From the IMG/VR virus record IMGVR_UViG_3300042473_001540, positions 245,757-309,756 of that record: DNA of 64,000 nt; one strand, given 5' to 3'. The stretch's first letter is position 1. Every line of letters begins with the position of its first letter. Below the pieces are notes generated by a model, which saw nothing but the letters and a program-made list of their open reading frames with translations, made no database searches and was not told the DNA's origin. Position numbers and translations under genes: made by a program. This document shows positions 1 to 9,439 of the stretch, piece after piece.

Positions 1-198
1 CTCATACTTATCTATCTCAATATGCCAAGTTTGGGTTATCCCATTGGCCAATTGGAGTTGGTTAAAGAGTGGCGCACTATTCTCTGTGAAGAGCTTGTGA
101 AACGGAAACCCATTCATTGGCGTCATTTCTTGAAAAGCCGTATGGACAAAAACGCTGCTGAGAAAACATCAGTTGACGAGCCCAGCCCTTCAGCGTAA
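1..198 (+). CDS. 3' end of hypothetical protein truncated by window edge
   Basis: Open frame 1 from base 1 to TAA at 196-198. Confidence 0.5.
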   Translation, partial: LILIYLNMPSLGYPIGQLELVKEWRTILCEELVKRKPIHWRHFLKSRMDKNAAEKTSVDEPSPSA

Positions 199-220
199 GT
201 TATCAAGGGACACGGAAGGA

Positions 221-679
221 ATGATTATGACCAAAGGTGAGCTGCTAGGCAAGTGTTTGGTTTTTGCCACCAACGCACATGCTGGTCAGTTTGACAAGGG
301 AGGTGCTCCATATTTGCTCCACGTCCTAAAGGTTATGCACTATTTGCGCACCGAGGACGAAGAGCTGCAATGCATTAGTTTGCTCCACGACGTGTGTGAA
401 GATACTGATGCCACCTACGCTGATCTCAGAGATATTGGCTGCACCGAGCGTGTGATTGCGGGCGTGAGGGCACTGACCAAAGTGCCGGGTGAAACACTCG
501 ACGAATACAAGGCTCGAGTTTTCGCCAACCCCGATGCCATGCGTGTGAAAAAGTGCGACCTGCGTCACAACTCGGATATCCGGCGCTTGAAAGGTGTCAC
601 AGAGAAGGACATTCGGCGCATGGCTCGCTACCATGAGTTTTACCTGGAGATTTGCGAGCGACTCAAGCTAGCTGATTGA
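221..679 (+). CDS. HD-domain small alarmone hydrolase (SpoT/Mesh1-like (p)ppGpp hydrolase)
   Basis: AHAGQFDKGGAPYLLH, LLHDVCEDT, VKKCDLRHN motifs; GGAAGG RBS before ATG 221. Confidence 0.85.
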   Translation: MIMTKGELLGKCLVFATNAHAGQFDKGGAPYLLHVLKVMHYLRTEDEELQCISLLHDVCEDTDATYADLRDIGCTERVIAGVRALTKVPGETLDEYKARVFANPDAMRVKKCDLRHNSDIRRLKGVTEKDIRRMARYHEFYLEICERLKLAD

Positions 680-703
680 CAATCCAATCAATACTGCTAT
701 AGT
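676..703 (+). promoter_or_regulatory. sigma70-type early promoter
   Basis: TTGACA-N16-TATAGT with TGC before -10. Confidence 0.75.
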
Positions 704-724
704 GCTGGGGAAAGGAACACGCTG

Positions 725-1312
725 ATGATCACCATTGTGAAAAAGTCCACACAAAATCGTCGAGCACTCTTGGGCCAAACTGGTAAACAGTTTGTGAGAA
801 TGTCGGGCGATGCCGTGCGCTCCATTGTGGAGAAAAATACTTTTGATCCCACTTTGGCTTTTTGGGTTCATTGGTACAATCAAGCACCTGCCCTTGATTT
901 CGATGCAACTGCGCTCACACCAAAGCAATGCCAAGATTTGATTGAGCTTGTGACGTTGCAGACCAAAAAAGATCTTGAAAATATTCTCAAGTATCTTGAT
1001 GAGATCAGGCTAGATCAAGAATATTGGCGCACCGTGTCAGAAAAGCTGAGCCAAGGGCTTGAACCACCCAACGCCCCATATTTCTTTTGGGACCCGCCTG
1101 TCGGCATCCCAGACTTCTCCCGGTGGACGCAAGCTGATGCGCCAAATCAAGAGTGGCTGGAACATGTAGACAATCGCCTCAAGAGACTGAAGGTAGTTGA
1201 GCGCGACTACCGCAAGTCAGCCAGGCTCCACCAGGATCGCTTGAACGACACATACATTTGGGCAGATGTGCAGACCGAAACTGTGCGCACCACTGTCATC
1301 ACTCCAGTTTGA
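725..1312 (+). CDS. hypothetical protein
   Basis: 195-aa ORF behind promoter and AGGA RBS. Confidence 0.7.
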   Translation: MITIVKKSTQNRRALLGQTGKQFVRMSGDAVRSIVEKNTFDPTLAFWVHWYNQAPALDFDATALTPKQCQDLIELVTLQTKKDLENILKYLDEIRLDQEYWRTVSEKLSQGLEPPNAPYFFWDPPVGIPDFSRWTQADAPNQEWLEHVDNRLKRLKVVERDYRKSARLHQDRLNDTYIWADVQTETVRTTVITPV

Positions 1313-1319
1313 GGGTCAC

Positions 1320-2138
1320 ATGAGCAAGGACAGTCTTGGCGACAGGATGAAGCTGCTGGAACAGCAGGAAACTGATCGACGCTTCCTGTTCAGCTTGCCC
1401 ATCTATGCGCGTATTGACGGACGGGGCTTCAGCAAGTTCACCAAGGACATGGAGCGACCTTACGACACTGGCATGACCACTAGCATGATCGAAACCACTC
1501 GAACCTTGGTGGAGAAAACCCAAGCTACTCTCGGGTATGTTCAAAGTGACGAGATCAGCTTGGTGTGGGTGCCCACAGGCAATGGCCATGGTTGGTTTGA
1601 TGGCAAGATAACCAAGATGACCAGTGTGCTGGCTGGCCTGGCCACAGCAGCATTCATTGAGAATGTTATTCAGTATTTTCCCAACTGGCAGCAGCTGGTG
1701 CTCCGCCTGCCGCACTTTGATGCAAGAGTCATCAGCATGCCCAGTTTGAGTGAGACGGCGAACATGTTACTTTGGCGCAATCTTGATTGTGCCAAAAATT
1801 CCGTGAGCATGGCTGCCCATCACTATCGCAGCCACAAAGAGCTGCAAGGCCTAGATCAAAAACAGCAACAGGAACTCATTTGGCAAAGTGGCGTCAACTG
1901 GAGCTCATATCCCGCAGCATTCAAGCGAGGAACTTGGGTACGTCGACGTGTAGTGCAACGCACGTTGAATGACTCTGAGCTGGGGTTGATTCCGGAAAAC
2001 TACAGGCCAGATCCCGGCACACTGTTTGCCCGGAGCGAGGTGCAAAGCTATGATCTGCCTCCTCTCAATCGAGTCACAAACCGAGTGGCTGTGCTGTTTG
2101 AAGACGCACCGCCTGAATACAAAACAGATAACCCTTGA
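1320..2138 (+). CDS. thg1: Thg1-like 3'-5' nucleotidyltransferase (tRNA-His guanylyltransferase family)
   Basis: LGDRMK, YARIDGRGFSKFT, YVQSDEISL, FDARV, KNSVSM motifs. Confidence 0.92.
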   Translation: MSKDSLGDRMKLLEQQETDRRFLFSLPIYARIDGRGFSKFTKDMERPYDTGMTTSMIETTRTLVEKTQATLGYVQSDEISLVWVPTGNGHGWFDGKITKMTSVLAGLATAAFIENVIQYFPNWQQLVLRLPHFDARVISMPSLSETANMLLWRNLDCAKNSVSMAAHHYRSHKELQGLDQKQQQELIWQSGVNWSSYPAAFKRGTWVRRRVVQRTLNDSELGLIPENYRPDPGTLFARSEVQSYDLPPLNRVTNRVAVLFEDAPPEYKTDNP

Positions 2139-2162
2139 CATACTCTCTGCCACTGCTATAAT
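2135..2162 (+). promoter_or_regulatory. sigma70-type early promoter
   Basis: TTGACA-N16-TATAAT. Confidence 0.85.
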
Positions 2163-2187
2163 CCGCGCATACAAAGGAGACAGGTTG

Positions 2188-3132
2188 ATGGGCAGCTGGA
2201 ACGAAACTTGTGGGATCACACGCTTGCCCATCCATTCAGGCGATCCTGTGGTGCTGATCATGTTGAGCCAGGTCACTGACTCTGGTGGTGCTGATGGCGC
2301 TTGCTATGCCAGCCACTACTGGAAGCCCTATGCGCTCCCGCTACGTGCAGTCTACAACGACTACGGTGGTATTGAAGATGTGGGCACAGAGTGGAATCAA
2401 CGCTGGATCCTGGGCAAAACTCGCGAAAGCATGGAGAGCATGCCAGAGGGAGAAAATCCCTACCACGAGCCCGCTGTGGATCCACTACAGCTTGACAGCA
2501 TGGAAACCCTCATGGAGTGGATTCGATCTGATCGGGTGTGGGTGAGAGGTGCTCGCAATCCCCGGGGCGGTGGGCATCTCCTGGGCTGGACCATGTGCCA
2601 CGCTTGGGCATGGGACCATCTAGCCCAGCAGAGTGAACACTGGAATGGCGATGTGACCACACTGGAGATGAACTACAAGCGGGGTCAGGAACGCTACCGC
2701 AGCCTCTTCAAGCTGGCACAGGATCACCCGGATGGTATGAACTTTGAGATGGCTTATTGGCGCTGGCGGGACACCCACTCCCTACGGGATCACTGGGCTG
2801 CCTTGCTAACTGGAGGCAGCAGCTTTGAAAGCTATGGTGGTGCCACAACTGGCATCCGCTCTTACGCTGATCTCATGCGGCTGTGGGCAGTGGCAGGACG
2901 TGACGTCGATCATCCCGAAGTTGACGACTTTCTCCGGGAGATGAGTGCCTTTCTGTTGGTATCAGACAACATGTGTGGACTGCGCATGACATGGCACCCG
3001 CAAACTGGCAAGGGCAGTCAGTGCGCCGAATACCCTCTCTACAAAAGTTTTTTTCTTCGCTGCCAGCAGCATGTGGACCTGATGCTGAACGGTGGCGACG
3101 ATGATGACTGCGACACTGATGACACTCTATAA
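2188..3132 (+). CDS. hypothetical protein
   Basis: Long ORF starting MGSWNETCGIT after AAGGAG RBS. Confidence 0.75.
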   Translation: MGSWNETCGITRLPIHSGDPVVLIMLSQVTDSGGADGACYASHYWKPYALPLRAVYNDYGGIEDVGTEWNQRWILGKTRESMESMPEGENPYHEPAVDPLQLDSMETLMEWIRSDRVWVRGARNPRGGGHLLGWTMCHAWAWDHLAQQSEHWNGDVTTLEMNYKRGQERYRSLFKLAQDHPDGMNFEMAYWRWRDTHSLRDHWAALLTGGSSFESYGGATTGIRSYADLMRLWAVAGRDVDHPEVDDFLREMSAFLLVSDNMCGLRMTWHPQTGKGSQCAEYPLYKSFFLRCQQHVDLMLNGGDDDDCDTDDTL

Positions 3133-3156
3133 CCTCAAAAACAAGGAAACCGTGCT

Positions 3157-3573
3157 GTGAACAACCTCAGCCTTCTCATCTACCTTGCTGGCGTAACAGG
3201 CAGTATTGGTAGCTTTCTGGTATTTGTTGCTGTTCTGTTTGGATTTGGAATAGCAGTCTGCGGTGTCGTTTGGGTCGTAAGTCTTGACGCTACCAATTTC
3301 CGCACTGTGGAATATGCCAATCACGTCAAAATCCACAGCTGGCGCTGGCTTTGGGCGTTTTTGGTGCTGATGATTTTTGTTGGTAGTGTGTCAGCACTGG
3401 TGCCCAGCCGACAGACAGTGCTGCTGATTGCTGGCAGTGAGATGGGCGAGCGAGTGCTCAATCACCCACGCTTCAACCAAGTTGTGGATCCTGGACTAGA
3501 GCTGGTGACAACCTGGATGCAAAAAGAAACGGCTGAGATCCGCCGGAGCATGGATCCTACCAAAAAGCAGTAA
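3157..3573 (+). CDS. membrane protein
   Basis: Two long hydrophobic segments; GTG start after AAGGA. Confidence 0.7.
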   Translation: MNNLSLLIYLAGVTGSIGSFLVFVAVLFGFGIAVCGVVWVVSLDATNFRTVEYANHVKIHSWRWLWAFLVLMIFVGSVSALVPSRQTVLLIAGSEMGERVLNHPRFNQVVDPGLELVTTWMQKETAEIRRSMDPTKKQ

Positions 3574-3577
3574 TAGG

Positions 3578-4405
3578 CTAGCCCAGCTGGCCCAGGCTGG
3601 TGACAAATCCCGGGCGCCCGGGCTGGTTGTGCAGGATGAACTCGCTTTGTCCTGCACGATCGGTTATCCAGATGATGCTGTTAACAGGTATGTCAGCTTG
3701 CAGGACTTTCTCAAGCTTGCGGTCTCTCTTTTGCAACAGCTCAGTGATCCAAGTTTGGTCTTCTCGGAACTGCTCCTCTAAATCGTCCCCATCAGTTATC
3801 ATGTCACCATCGCTGTCAAAGATGTGATAATAATAAGGGTCTAGGTCAGGGTCATTGGTGGGCTCATCAGTGCGCACATATTGTTTCCCTCTCCAAGTGA
3901 CTTTGCCCTTTTGGTTATACTCTTGCACTGCTTGTTGAATAGCCTGATCAGTTATGGGCTTGACCTTCATGAGCCTGGGATCTACTCCTGCAAACCAAGC
4001 TGCAACGCGGGGGTCACTTGTCCAGCTGAGTGTGTGCCGGGGACCACCTTTGTCACCCACAGGGGTTTGAGCTCGATAGAGACGTATGGTGTCGCCAAAC
4101 TTCCTCCGCAAGGCCGCTTGCACTGGCCTAAAACTCTGCTCCAGGCTGGCTCGGATCCGTTGGCCCCGCTCACTTGGCTGTGGGCTGTAGGCATCTTCCA
4201 GTTGAGCACTTTTCATGATTCCGCCCCACATGCCCTTGTTTTGGGCATCCGGTGGCACTCCTACAAATCCCTCTAGGGCATCAGCAGCCTCTCCGGTCAA
4301 ACTGTCATCAGCTTGGTCCACTAGATTTTTGATGCCCAACTGCTCAACGCTGATGTTGGAGAAGCTTTCCCGTAGGATCCGGGGATTGAGATCTGTTATA
4401 CGCAT
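3578..4405 (-). CDS. putative ADP-ribosyltransferase, late expressed, candidate virion-packaged
   Basis: R-S-E ART triad (IRLYRAQ, LSWTSD, QSEFIL); TAAATA at 4410-4415 just upstream; N-terminus MRITDL..ILRE. Confidence 0.65.
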   Translation of the reverse strand: MRITDLNPRILRESFSNISVEQLGIKNLVDQADDSLTGEAADALEGFVGVPPDAQNKGMWGGIMKSAQLEDAYSPQPSERGQRIRASLEQSFRPVQAALRRKFGDTIRLYRAQTPVGDKGGPRHTLSWTSDPRVAAWFAGVDPRLMKVKPITDQAIQQAVQEYNQKGKVTWRGKQYVRTDEPTNDPDLDPYYYHIFDSDGDMITDGDDLEEQFREDQTWITELLQKRDRKLEKVLQADIPVNSIIWITDRAGQSEFILHNQPGRPGFVTSLGQLG

Positions 4406-4427
4406 GGGATATTTACGCAAAAAATGG

Positions 4428-4456
4428 TTGACAGGCCAGCCTCCTTGTGCTACATT
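4428..4456 (+). promoter_or_regulatory. sigma70-type early promoter
   Basis: TTGACA-N17-TACATT. Confidence 0.7.
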
Positions 4457-4481
4457 CCTTACTGTAAACAAGGAGGCTGCT

Positions 4482-4676
4482 GTGAGCGATGAACCCCAAC
4501 TGGATGGCATGATCCCACTTTCTGCCCTAGCAGATTTCCTCCGTGATCATCTCACCGTTGAGGTGGAGGTGTATGAGGAGAACTACAGCCAAGGCTACGT
4601 TACCACTGAGGTCACCATTAAGTTGGGTGACATTGTGATCACCAGGGGCTCGGACAACCACAACTACACGCGCTAA
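4482..4676 (+). CDS. small hypothetical protein
   Basis: GTG start after AAGGAGG. Confidence 0.7.
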   Translation: MSDEPQLDGMIPLSALADFLRDHLTVEVEVYEENYSQGYVTTEVTIKLGDIVITRGSDNHNYTR

Positions 4677-4758
4677 CAGGCGATTTTTTCAGAACAAATG
4701 GTTGACAGGGTGGTCAACCCATGCTAGTATGCCTACATAAGCTAAAGGACGTAGAGAG

Positions 4759-4953
4759 ATGCAAGTTTCCGAGCTGATTGAACGGCTGCAAACCTTGAAG
4801 GAGCAGCACGGCGATGTTCCTGTGATGGTAGGCAATGACGATGGCGACGTATGGGATTGCATTATTGCTACCCATTATGTAACAGAGCAAGATGAGTTTC
4901 CCAGCAACTGGAACATGCCAGAAGGCTTTGAGTTTATCAAGCTCAGCAACTGA
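4759..4953 (+). CDS. small hypothetical protein
   Basis: MQVSELIERLQ, common phage N-terminus; promoter at 4702-4730. Confidence 0.7.
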   Translation: MQVSELIERLQTLKEQHGDVPVMVGNDDGDVWDCIIATHYVTEQDEFPSNWNMPEGFEFIKLSN

Positions 4954-4965
4954 AGGATCAAGATC

Positions 4966-5394
4966 ATGGACATCACTGCATTTGGCAAGACCCAACCGCT
5001 GGAACAGCATCTTTGGGAGATTGCCAACACCCGGCGAGATGAGTTTCCCAAGGATGTGATCAACCTCATGCTGGCAGCCTACTCTGTCATCGAAAGCCAA
5101 AAGATTTTCATCCAGCAAGGTGACGAGCGTGAGGCTCGGATAAACACCCAGCTCAATGCCAAGCTGGACCAACTGCTGAGTTGTGTGGATCAGCCTCGTT
5201 GGTTGGTGCAGGGCACGGTGAGCGTGAGCCACTACATGCAAGATGGGCGCGAGCAGAGAGTTGAGACCCTGGTGGTGCTGGCTGACACTGAGCAGGAAGC
5301 CTGTGACAAGTTTGTGGCTCATTGGGAGAGCAAGACCTCAGAATATGCCGTCTACTACACTGCCTGGGCTGACAAGGCCCATCAAACTGGTTGA
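4966..5394 (+). CDS. hypothetical protein
   Basis: ORF with AAGGA RBS. Confidence 0.65.
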   Translation: MDITAFGKTQPLEQHLWEIANTRRDEFPKDVINLMLAAYSVIESQKIFIQQGDEREARINTQLNAKLDQLLSCVDQPRWLVQGTVSVSHYMQDGREQRVETLVVLADTEQEACDKFVAHWESKTSEYAVYYTAWADKAHQTG

Positions 5395-5446
5395 CACTGA
5401 CTAGAGTTATGCTACAGTGCCAGAGACAGAGTAAGGACCTTTGCCC

Positions 5447-5608
5447 ATGACAGTAATCCGAGAAACATGCGAACTTTGTGAGCATAACAGGCTCTGCTAT
5501 TGCAGATCATGTGATTTGAGTGGCGAGCCCAACCCAGAAGCTTTCACCAGAAATGAACTGGTAGAGGCACTAATCTCCTACTACAGGGCCCCAAGGACCG
5601 CTGAGTAA
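5447..5608 (+). CDS. small Cys-rich protein (53 aa, not in ORF track)
   Basis: MTVIRETCELCEHNRLCYCRSC; TAATG coupling to next gene; promoter 5391-5418. Confidence 0.6.
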   Translation: MTVIRETCELCEHNRLCYCRSCDLSGEPNPEAFTRNELVEALISYYRAPRTAE

Positions 5609-6000
5609 TGAAACTTCTTCGATTCCGCGAGAAGCATGGCGATCGAGTTTTCCTTTTCAAAACCAAAGAGGAACTTCAGCTGATCCTAGCGCAGGTTGCA
5701 CAGGAAAGGCTGGACGAAGGCTATTGGTATGACACTGAGAATGGCAGTGATCAGGTTGACAGGCTGTGGCCCATGCGGCATCTCAGTGATGCGGACAAGA
5801 TCGCACTTCTGCTCAAGAGGCTGCACGACCCTTCTGCCCGGCCCAACACCAACCCTACCAGCTATTATCTGCACCAGGTTGCGCAATGGATGCGAGCTCG
5901 CCGGGACTATGAGTATGAGGGCTGGGATGAACTGCCTGTCGAACAGTGTCAACTCACCCACTACGAGGGCAGCGTGCGTCGCACCAGCTCTGCAACATAG
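5608..6000 (+). CDS. hypothetical protein, paralog of 6518-6931
   Basis: Shares RFREKH.DRVF and LILAQVAQERL..G.WYD.ENGSDQVD. Confidence 0.8.
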   Translation: MKLLRFREKHGDRVFLFKTKEELQLILAQVAQERLDEGYWYDTENGSDQVDRLWPMRHLSDADKIALLLKRLHDPSARPNTNPTSYYLHQVAQWMRARRDYEYEGWDELPVEQCQLTHYEGSVRRTSSAT

Positions 6001-6011
6001 AGGTTGATATC

Positions 6012-6199
6012 ATGAAAACACTGGCTAGGTTTGGTGTTTGAATGGAGTGTGGACAAGAACAATGTGCTGTGGATCAGCCCAAACCAAACTCGCAAGCAAG
6101 CTTTTTTTTGATCAACATCAAGCGGAGATCCAGCGCCTCACTCGGGAGGCTATCCAATCCATCTCTGCCAAAATCATTGCGGTGAACAACAACCCATAA
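6012..6199 (+). pseudogene. possible frameshifted gene, N-terminus paralogous to 6941-7261
   Basis: MKTLARFGV* then an open +1 frame to TAA 6197-6199. Confidence 0.35.
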
Positions 6200-6262
6200 G
6201 AGTCGTTGACAATCGTCTGTGGTGTGCTACACTAGGCACAGGAAACAAATGGGAGACATGCT

Positions 6263-6490
6263 GTGAAGAAACGTGTTGTTGTCACTTTGGAACTGATTTA
6301 CGACCATCCCGAGACTGTGACAGTGCGTGGCAAACAGGTGGCCTATCCCTTTGATGTAGGCTATGTGTTGAGCGAGATCAAGGGCACGCTAGAATGCAGC
6401 GACTATGGTGTTTGGGGCCTGCAGAAGGTGAACGGCGGCTGTGTGAGTCACCTGCAACTTGTGCTAGCTGACGACATTGTTGACGAGTAA
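6263..6490 (+). CDS. hypothetical protein
   Basis: GTG start after GGGAG; promoter 6206-6233. Confidence 0.65.
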   Translation: MKKRVVVTLELIYDHPETVTVRGKQVAYPFDVGYVLSEIKGTLECSDYGVWGLQKVNGGCVSHLQLVLADDIVDE

Positions 6491-6517
6491 TTCACTCATC
6501 ACACAAGGAACCCTCTG

Positions 6518-6931
6518 ATGCGACTGATTCGATTCCGCGAGAAGCATGACGACCGTGTGTTTGTTTACTCCACAGGATTGGAGAAGCAGCTGATCCTTGC
6601 CCAAGTGGCACAGGAACGCTTGCAGGACGGCACTTGGTATGATGATGAGAATGGCAGCGATCAAGTTGATCTCCTCAAGCCCAAGACTCATCTCAGCGAC
6701 GCGGAACGGATTGGCCAACTGCTGGAGAAGCTCTTTGATCCCAGCAACCGTAGCGATGCTAGCAAGGCATACAAGCTAGGTGAGCTCACTTATTATCTCG
6801 GCCTGGTCGAGCGTTGGATGGGTGGCCGCAGGCACTATGAATACGAGGATTGGGACGAGCGACCGGTTGACGCCCTAGAGCTCAAATGCCACCAAGGCAG
6901 TGTGCGCCGTAATACCAACCGGGAAGATTAG
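6518..6931 (+). CDS. hypothetical protein, paralog of 5608-6000
   Basis: Shared motifs as above. Confidence 0.8.
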   Translation: MRLIRFREKHDDRVFVYSTGLEKQLILAQVAQERLQDGTWYDDENGSDQVDLLKPKTHLSDAERIGQLLEKLFDPSNRSDASKAYKLGELTYYLGLVERWMGGRRHYEYEDWDERPVDALELKCHQGSVRRNTNRED

Positions 6932-6940
6932 GAAAACACC

Positions 6941-7261
6941 ATGCGAACTCTAGCCCGCTTTGCCATCCGCCCTGCTGACAACCAGTATTCAAAGGGTGAC
7001 CTTATCCTGGGCGCCATGTGTGAGGAACACGCCACCAACCTTCTCAAGCCCAACCATGTGTATGAGATCCGCGAGATTGATGGTGTGCTCACTATAGCGG
7101 ACATGGGCGAGAGTGCCATGGGCATGTATCCTGTTGAAGCCCGGGTAGACAGTCCTCTGAGGGGGCAGGTATCGCGTGTGGGTTGGTTCAACGAGATAGG
7201 CCATTTGTTGAGCGTGGGCGATGGCCAGCACTTGGTGACCCGAGAGGAGATAGGCAGGTAG
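6941..7261 (+). CDS. hypothetical protein
   Basis: ORF with AGGA RBS. Confidence 0.65.
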   Translation: MRTLARFAIRPADNQYSKGDLILGAMCEEHATNLLKPNHVYEIREIDGVLTIADMGESAMGMYPVEARVDSPLRGQVSRVGWFNEIGHLLSVGDGQHLVTREEIGR

Positions 7262-7279
7262 GCTGCGGGGAAAAACTGG

Positions 7280-7307
7280 TTGACAGCGCCCTGCATCGTG
7301 CTATAAT
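7280..7307 (+). promoter_or_regulatory. sigma70-type early promoter
   Basis: TTGACA-N16-TATAAT. Confidence 0.85.
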
Positions 7308-7333
7308 GCGCACACAAGCAAGGAGCCGACCTT

Positions 7334-7888
7334 ATGAGCCGCGGAAAATATAGCCCTGCAACTCCTCGCAAGAACAGTGACGCACGCATGAAGCTCGACG
7401 CGGTCGAACAGTTCGATCGCAACGCCTATGGTGAGGTTCCCTCTCCCTACCAGGCAGGGGTTGACCAATATGATGAGAAGATCCATTTCGTCAACTATGA
7501 CGAGTGGGGCTACGACAGCTATGGCTACTCGGCCTGGCTTGAGGATGGCACGTTTGTTGGCCTTGGGCAAGGTGTAGACAGGCTGGGCTACACTGAGGAT
7601 GACTACATCACCATGAGAGATGATGAGTGGGAGGATGTGTGCTGGAGCATTGATCCTGCGGTGTTCAAGCTTCCTTGCCCTGGTATCACACTCCGCCAAA
7701 CTCCCCGGGCCATTCTCAGCCAGCTTGAAGGAGAGATTCAGCATATTTTGAACCGTGCTGAGGATGAGATCAAAAAGGCAAAAGAAATAGGGTATCACAC
7801 CGAACTGTTTCACCAGCAAGGTCGACAGAGTGCTGCCAACGAGCTGCTTAAGGTTGTGGTTCGCCTACAGAAAGAACAAAACGGTTGA
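7334..7888 (+). CDS. hypothetical protein
   Basis: AAGGAG RBS; acidic Tyr/Gly-rich middle. Confidence 0.7.
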   Translation: MSRGKYSPATPRKNSDARMKLDAVEQFDRNAYGEVPSPYQAGVDQYDEKIHFVNYDEWGYDSYGYSAWLEDGTFVGLGQGVDRLGYTEDDYITMRDDEWEDVCWSIDPAVFKLPCPGITLRQTPRAILSQLEGEIQHILNRAEDEIKKAKEIGYHTELFHQQGRQSAANELLKVVVRLQKEQNG

Positions 7889-7912
7889 CAGCCCCTTGAG
7901 CTGTGCTATAAT
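7885..7912 (+). promoter_or_regulatory. sigma70-type early promoter
   Basis: TTGACA-N16-TATAAT. Confidence 0.85.
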
Positions 7913-7939
7913 GGGCATATAGAGACAGGAGCACGGGAC

Positions 7940-8353
7940 ATGAGCAAGAAACTGGAAGTAGGCGACGTGTTTGAGGCCTGCAAGAACATGAGTGTTTATG
8001 CCAAAATCCCCAGCCACTTTGCCTATGTCAACCGGCCCAACGATCCCACTCCTGCAAAAACTGAGGTGCGAGTGGGATGCCTCATGTGGCGAGACGATCA
8101 TGCACTGGATCTCGGCTACCTCAAGGGTCGCTATGTGGTGGAGCATGCTCGGAGTGAGGGCGGCGGCACTGGTCACGGACCCCATGACATTTACCCCGAC
8201 GGTTGGCACATCCGGGCTCGCAAGCTGAACGTAGATGGCAGCTACAATGCCACTGGTGTAGAGATCGAGTTCTACCAGAGCGGTGCGTTCACTGTGGTGA
8301 ACAAGGATGTGCCCGTGGTAGGCAAGCTGCACCGGATTTTTGTGGCTGAATAG
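7940..8353 (+). CDS. hypothetical protein
   Basis: AGGAG RBS, C/G-ending codon usage. Confidence 0.75.
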   Translation: MSKKLEVGDVFEACKNMSVYAKIPSHFAYVNRPNDPTPAKTEVRVGCLMWRDDHALDLGYLKGRYVVEHARSEGGGTGHGPHDIYPDGWHIRARKLNVDGSYNATGVEIEFYQSGAFTVVNKDVPVVGKLHRIFVAE

Positions 8354-8365
8354 ACAAAAAAGCGG

Positions 8366-8393
8366 TTGACAGCAGGCCAAACCCTGCTATAAT
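8366..8393 (+). promoter_or_regulatory. sigma70-type early promoter
   Basis: TTGACA-N16-TATAAT. Confidence 0.85.
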
Positions 8394-8421
8394 GGGCACA
8401 CAGAGAGAGGAAGCAACACCA

Positions 8422-8676
8422 ATGTTCAAGTTCGAGCTGGACCAGACTGTCTACTATCTCATGGACAACCGGGTGTGCAGTGCTCCGGTGTTGTGCCGCA
8501 TGCTGGTGGAGAATCAGCATCCCAAGTGGAATGCCACCGACAAGCAGGCGGAGTTTTTCCAGCGTTTTGGTCCCTGCCGTGTGGTGTATGCCACCTGCCA
8601 TGGAGAGCATGAAGAAGCCATGCTGTTTGAGAGCCGCGAGGCACTGGCTGCTGCCATCATTGCGGAACAGATCTAA
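8422..8676 (+). CDS. hypothetical protein
   Basis: MFKFELDQTVYY, GAGG RBS. Confidence 0.7.
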   Translation: MFKFELDQTVYYLMDNRVCSAPVLCRMLVENQHPKWNATDKQAEFFQRFGPCRVVYATCHGEHEEAMLFESREALAAAIIAEQI

Positions 8677-8915
8677 TGACTGCTGAAGGAAAAGTGCTGT
8701 ATCAGCGGAATACAATGGGCTATTGGATCTTGCGACATCCATCAGGGTTGTATCCTGTTGATACAACACAGGGTTTTTGGAGTAATCATAGGGTGGCAGC
8801 CATGAGATTCCACACAAAAGAGGAAGCTGATGCCTGTGCTGCCTATCTCTCCACGAGTGTTATAAGCGGGATCAAATGTAACATGCTCTTGGTGGAGATG
8901 TTGTTTCAGATGTAA
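8676..8915 (+). CDS. hypothetical protein
   Basis: TAATG coupling to upstream gene. Confidence 0.55.
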   Translation: MTAEGKVLYQRNTMGYWILRHPSGLYPVDTTQGFWSNHRVAAMRFHTKEEADACAAYLSTSVISGIKCNMLLVEMLFQM

Positions 8916-8955
8916 ACAACGCTTTTGGTATCAATATCTAACCCACGGGGTAATT

Positions 8956-9432
8956 ATGAACGGCGCCGGACATGCAGACTACTGTAACATACGAATCAGT
9001 CGAGAAGGGCTAGCACGCGGCAAGCTCGAGCTAGTGCATCGATATGTAATCTACTTTGCACGACAGTATGTGACTGATTATCTTACAGGAACTGTAAGCG
9101 GAGCACATCTCAAGATTGGCCAAAGCACTTTGTTCAATTCGCTGCAACGTGGCCGAAACCAAGCGGGTGGTGATTTTAGAATTCTAGCTGAGCTGTGTTT
9201 TCAATCAGCTGATGCTGCCAAACAGGCAGAAAAATATGCTCATTATCTTTTCATGAACGATCAGGTACGCGGTCCGCAAAATCAGCAAGAATTGTTCAAC
9301 ATCCCTGATCAAGATGTTGAAACCCGTGCAAAGGCGCTGATTGCCTATTGCACCACCAACAATGATCATCCGTTGCCTTTTGTTGAGGCCCTGTTGTTTA
9401 CAGGCGGACAAGAAACCGTGGATATTATCTGA
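8956..9432 (+). CDS. GIY-YIG-like / T5orf172-like domain protein
   Basis: YVIYF..LKIGQST..R..Q..AEKYAH pattern. Confidence 0.4.
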   Translation: MNGAGHADYCNIRISREGLARGKLELVHRYVIYFARQYVTDYLTGTVSGAHLKIGQSTLFNSLQRGRNQAGGDFRILAELCFQSADAAKQAEKYAHYLFMNDQVRGPQNQQELFNIPDQDVETRAKALIAYCTTNNDHPLPFVEALLFTGGQETVDII

Positions 9433-9439
9433 GGCAGAC

